Positions 62,211-64,000 of a stretch of 64,000 nt of DNA are shown here, piece by piece. Position 1 is the stretch's first letter. Every line of letters starts with the position of its first letter. Source of the stretch: Chloroflexota bacterium (lineage in GTDB: Bacteria > Chloroflexota > Limnocylindria > QHBO01). Location: positions 15,844 to 79,843 of the forward strand of contig JBDTQD010000001.1 in assembly GCA_039932375.1 (NCBI GenBank), in the 5' to 3' direction. The translations under genes and the position numbers were made by a program. The notes below the pieces were generated by a model. That model was not told the origin of the DNA and did no database searches. It worked only from the letters and a program-made list of their open reading frames with translations.

Positions 62211-62666
62211 TCAGGCGGAAGCGAGCTTCTCCAACAGGCGATCCACGCGGTCGTACCCAGCGTTCATGAACTTCTCGCCGCCGTAGGCGATGAGCTGGTC
62301 GCGCTCCTCGGTCGTGTCGTACCGCATCGTGACCGTGAAGTGGGTCTGCTCGCCGCGATCCTCAAAGGTGAAGGTCTCGGTATGGACCTTGCCCCAGATC
62401 TCGAAGGTCTGGACGATCCGCTCGGGCGGGGTGACCTCGAGGTACTCGCCCTGCGAGACCGACTCGTTGCCTCCGGCCTTGGTGACGAAGCGCCAGCTGC
62501 CACCAGTTCGGACGTCCATTGTCTCGACCTCGGTGCCGGGGCCCCACCACTCGGGGATCAGGGTTGGGTCGGTGAAGGCCTTCCAGACCCGATCGCGTGG
62601 CGCGTCGAAGATGCGCTCGGCGTGGATCTCGCGCTCGGTGGGGGTAGTGATGGTGACGGCGGTCAT
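62211..62666 (-). CDS. SRPBCC-superfamily protein (AHSA1/activator-of-Hsp90-ATPase-like fold), standalone
   Basis: HAERIFDAPRDRVWKAFTDPTLIPEWWGP... The start Met is MTAVTITT (62666), overlapping the ArsR stop (ATGA). Confidence 0.75.
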   Translation of the reverse strand: MTAVTITTPTEREIHAERIFDAPRDRVWKAFTDPTLIPEWWGPGTEVETMDVRTGGSWRFVTKAGGNESVSQGEYLEVTPPERIVQTFEIWGKVHTETFTFEDRGEQTHFTVTMRYDTTEERDQLIAYGGEKFMNAGYDRVDRLLEKLASA

Positions 62667-63001
62667 TGGTCTTGTCCTTTCGTGTGTTCCAAGAGCTGTC
62701 CGAATCGGTCGAGTCGTTCGTCGCGCTGGCGCTGATAGGTCTCGATCCATGCCTCAACATCCTCGAGGCGTCGGGACCCGAGGCTGCATCGGCGCATCCG
62801 GCCCACCTTTTGGGTCGCCACCAGTCCGGCCTGCTCGAGCACGCGGACGTGCTTCTTCATGCCGGTGAGGGAGATGCCGAACGGCGTTGCGAGCTCCGTG
62901 ATGCTCGCGCTGCCCCTGCCGAGGCGTTCGAGCACGGCCCTGCGGGTGGGGTCGGCCAGTGCGGCGAAGGTCCGGTCGACCGATGGATACTGAACCATGG
63001 A
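62663..63001 (-). CDS. ArsR-family HTH transcriptional regulator, standalone
   Basis: MVQYPSVDRTFAALADPTRRAVLERLGRGSASITELATPFGISLTGMKKHVRVLEQAGLV. The Met at 63001 is preferred over the listed 63343, which would run through repeat copy C. Confidence 0.8.
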   Translation of the reverse strand, partial: SMVQYPSVDRTFAALADPTRRAVLERLGRGSASITELATPFGISLTGMKKHVRVLEQAGLVATQKVGRMRRCSLGSRRLEDVEAWIETYQRQRDERLDRFGQLLEHTKGQDQ

Positions 63002-63044
63002 GTTCAGTATTGCACATCCATCCTTGCGTTGCAACGTCTCCCGC

Positions 63045-63192
63045 GAACGCTGAGCGTTCATATCGGCCAACTTCGCAGGCCCATGAGGCGATATCGGCGC
63101 AATATTGGCCGGTGTGAACGCTGAGCGAGCAAGGCGCCCAACATCAGGGCATTTCGCAGGACAACTTGGCCGATGTGAACGTTGAGCGTTCA
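63045..63192. repeat. ~150-bp inverted-repeat element, copy C
   Basis: GAACGCTGAGCGTTCA (63045-63060), inner GTGAACGCTGAGCGAGC, terminal GTGAACGTTGAGCGTTCA (63175-63192), and the GGCCAACTTC / CAACTTGGCC pair. It lies between divergent ArsR and the alpha/beta-hydrolase gene. Confidence 0.75.
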
Positions 63193-63236
63193 AGCCAGGG
63201 TGGCGGTGGGACCCGGGCAGCCTGAAAGGAGATTCC

Positions 63237-64000
63237 ATGGGCGACGTGACCTCCAAGGACGGGACAACCATCGTCTTCGACGAGCTCGGCGACGGGCCGC
63301 CGGTCGTCCTTGTCAGCGGCGGCTCCGTGGATCGCTCATCCAACGCCCCCCTGGCTGATCAACTGGCCAAGGACTTCACCGTCTTCAACTACGACCGACG
63401 CGGCCGCGGACCCAGCGGGGACACCCAGCCGTACGCGGTCCAGCGCGAGGTCGAGGACATCGAGGCGGTCATCGGTGCCGCAGGCGGATCCGCCGCGCTC
63501 TATGGGAGCTCCTCGGGAGCCGCACTGGCGTTGGAGGCTGCCATCGCCGGCGCCCCCATCACCAAGCTGGCGCTCTGGGAGCCGCCGTACATCCTGTCCG
63601 GGCGCCCGCACCCGCCCACCGACACCGCCAAGATCTACCGCGACTTCGTGGCGGCGGGTCGTCGCGGCGACGCAGTCGAGTTCTTCATGTCGAAGGTGGT
63701 CGGCCTGCCCGATGAATTCGTCGCCGGCGCTCGCAGCTCACCGTGGTGGCCGGCCCAGGAGGCCCTCGCCCACACCCTCGCTTTCGATGCCGAGATCATG
63801 GCCGACTACTCCCTGCCAACCAAGCGGGCGGCAAAAGTCACCATCCCCACACTGATCGTCGACGGCGCCGCCAGCTTCGGCTTCATGGCCGAAACCGCCG
63901 ATGCGATGGCGCACGCCATGCCGAATGCAGAACGCCGCACCCTTGAGGGCCAGAGCCACGACGTGTCGGCCGAAGTGCTGGGTCCGGTGCTGAAGGAGTT
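63237..64000 (+). CDS. alpha/beta hydrolase, 3' end outside the window
   Basis: MGDVTSKDGTTIVFDELGDGPPVVLVSGG ... LYGSSSGAALALEAA (GxSxG). The open frame runs to the window end, so it is absent from the ORF track. Confidence 0.7.
   Translation, partial: MGDVTSKDGTTIVFDELGDGPPVVLVSGGSVDRSSNAPLADQLAKDFTVFNYDRRGRGPSGDTQPYAVQREVEDIEAVIGAAGGSAALYGSSSGAALALEAAIAGAPITKLALWEPPYILSGRPHPPTDTAKIYRDFVAAGRRGDAVEFFMSKVVGLPDEFVAGARSSPWWPAQEALAHTLAFDAEIMADYSLPTKRAAKVTIPTLIVDGAASFGFMAETADAMAHAMPNAERRTLEGQSHDVSAEVLGPVLKE

Noticed and set aside
1-64000. CRISPR arrays, IS elements, transposases, integrases, prophage genes
   Set aside because: I scanned for regularly spaced direct repeats, DDE/tyrosine/serine recombinase motifs, and phage structural genes. 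None was found. The only repeat families are the tRNA-Val duplicate, the 160-bp palindromic element, and the 21-bp ctaC tandem.

Overview
This is a high-GC (~70%) bacterial chromosomal segment. The gene content (two DUF881 genes, tldD/pmbA, DUF951, a DevS/DevR-like two-component pair, ligD, and a ctaCDE oxidase with a Bacillus-type CtaG) suggests a Gram-positive-like high-GC lineage, either Actinomycetota or Chloroflexota. I cannot resolve the lineage from the sequence alone. Most of the window is housekeeping and dense, with many 1-4 nt start/stop overlaps. The long ORFs that lie antisense to real genes are high-GC artefacts. I found no rRNA, CRISPR array, transposase or integrase. The calls, in window order:
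- acyl-CoA dehydrogenase 3' fragment, then etfB-etfA
- nrdR-dcd
- MBL-fold hydrolase
- a blue-copper lipoprotein next to TlpA, a glutaredoxin-like gene and ccdA, with tRNA-Arg(CCT) and an SMR pump in the same stretch
- a peptide-type substrate-binding protein and a C-terminally anchored zincin (peptidase MA-like)
- two DUF881 genes, tldD and pmbA, DUF951, an MFS transporter and a family-2 glycosyltransferase
- a GAF sensor kinase with a DosR-like response regulator, followed by a CBS-domain protein
- tRNA-Val(GAC) and tatA
- a GH15 glucoamylase/trehalase-like gene, a HAD hydrolase, and zwf
- a Kelch-repeat lipoprotein and an HD-GYP phosphodiesterase
- a class-V aminotransferase, a second HAD hydrolase, and a full-length LigD (phosphoesterase-ligase-polymerase order) with no Ku gene nearby
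- an XRE-TPR regulator, then DUF3090 translationally coupled to a Cys-based (CX5R) phosphatase
- a SAM methyltransferase co-oriented with a 1183-aa nuclease-exonuclease-helicase
- msrB and a sulfatase-like membrane enzyme
- a second TlpA and a second two-component pair
- a cupredoxin lipoprotein, ctaC-ctaD-ctaE and ctaG
- a locus of ArsR/SRPBCC modules (one fused, one split) with an MFS pump, punctuated by three copies of a ~160-bp inverted-repeat element built around TGAACGCTGAGCGTTCA

The best candidates for something new are:
- the 1183-aa three-domain nuclease-helicase (Cas4/TM0106-like nuclease, RNase H-like exonuclease, Upf1/Dna2-type helicase)
- the palindromic repeat family around the ArsR/SRPBCC genes
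- a duplicated tRNA-Val 3' end that brackets a ~400-bp insert
- the DUF3090 cassette in which the partner phosphatase is Cys-based
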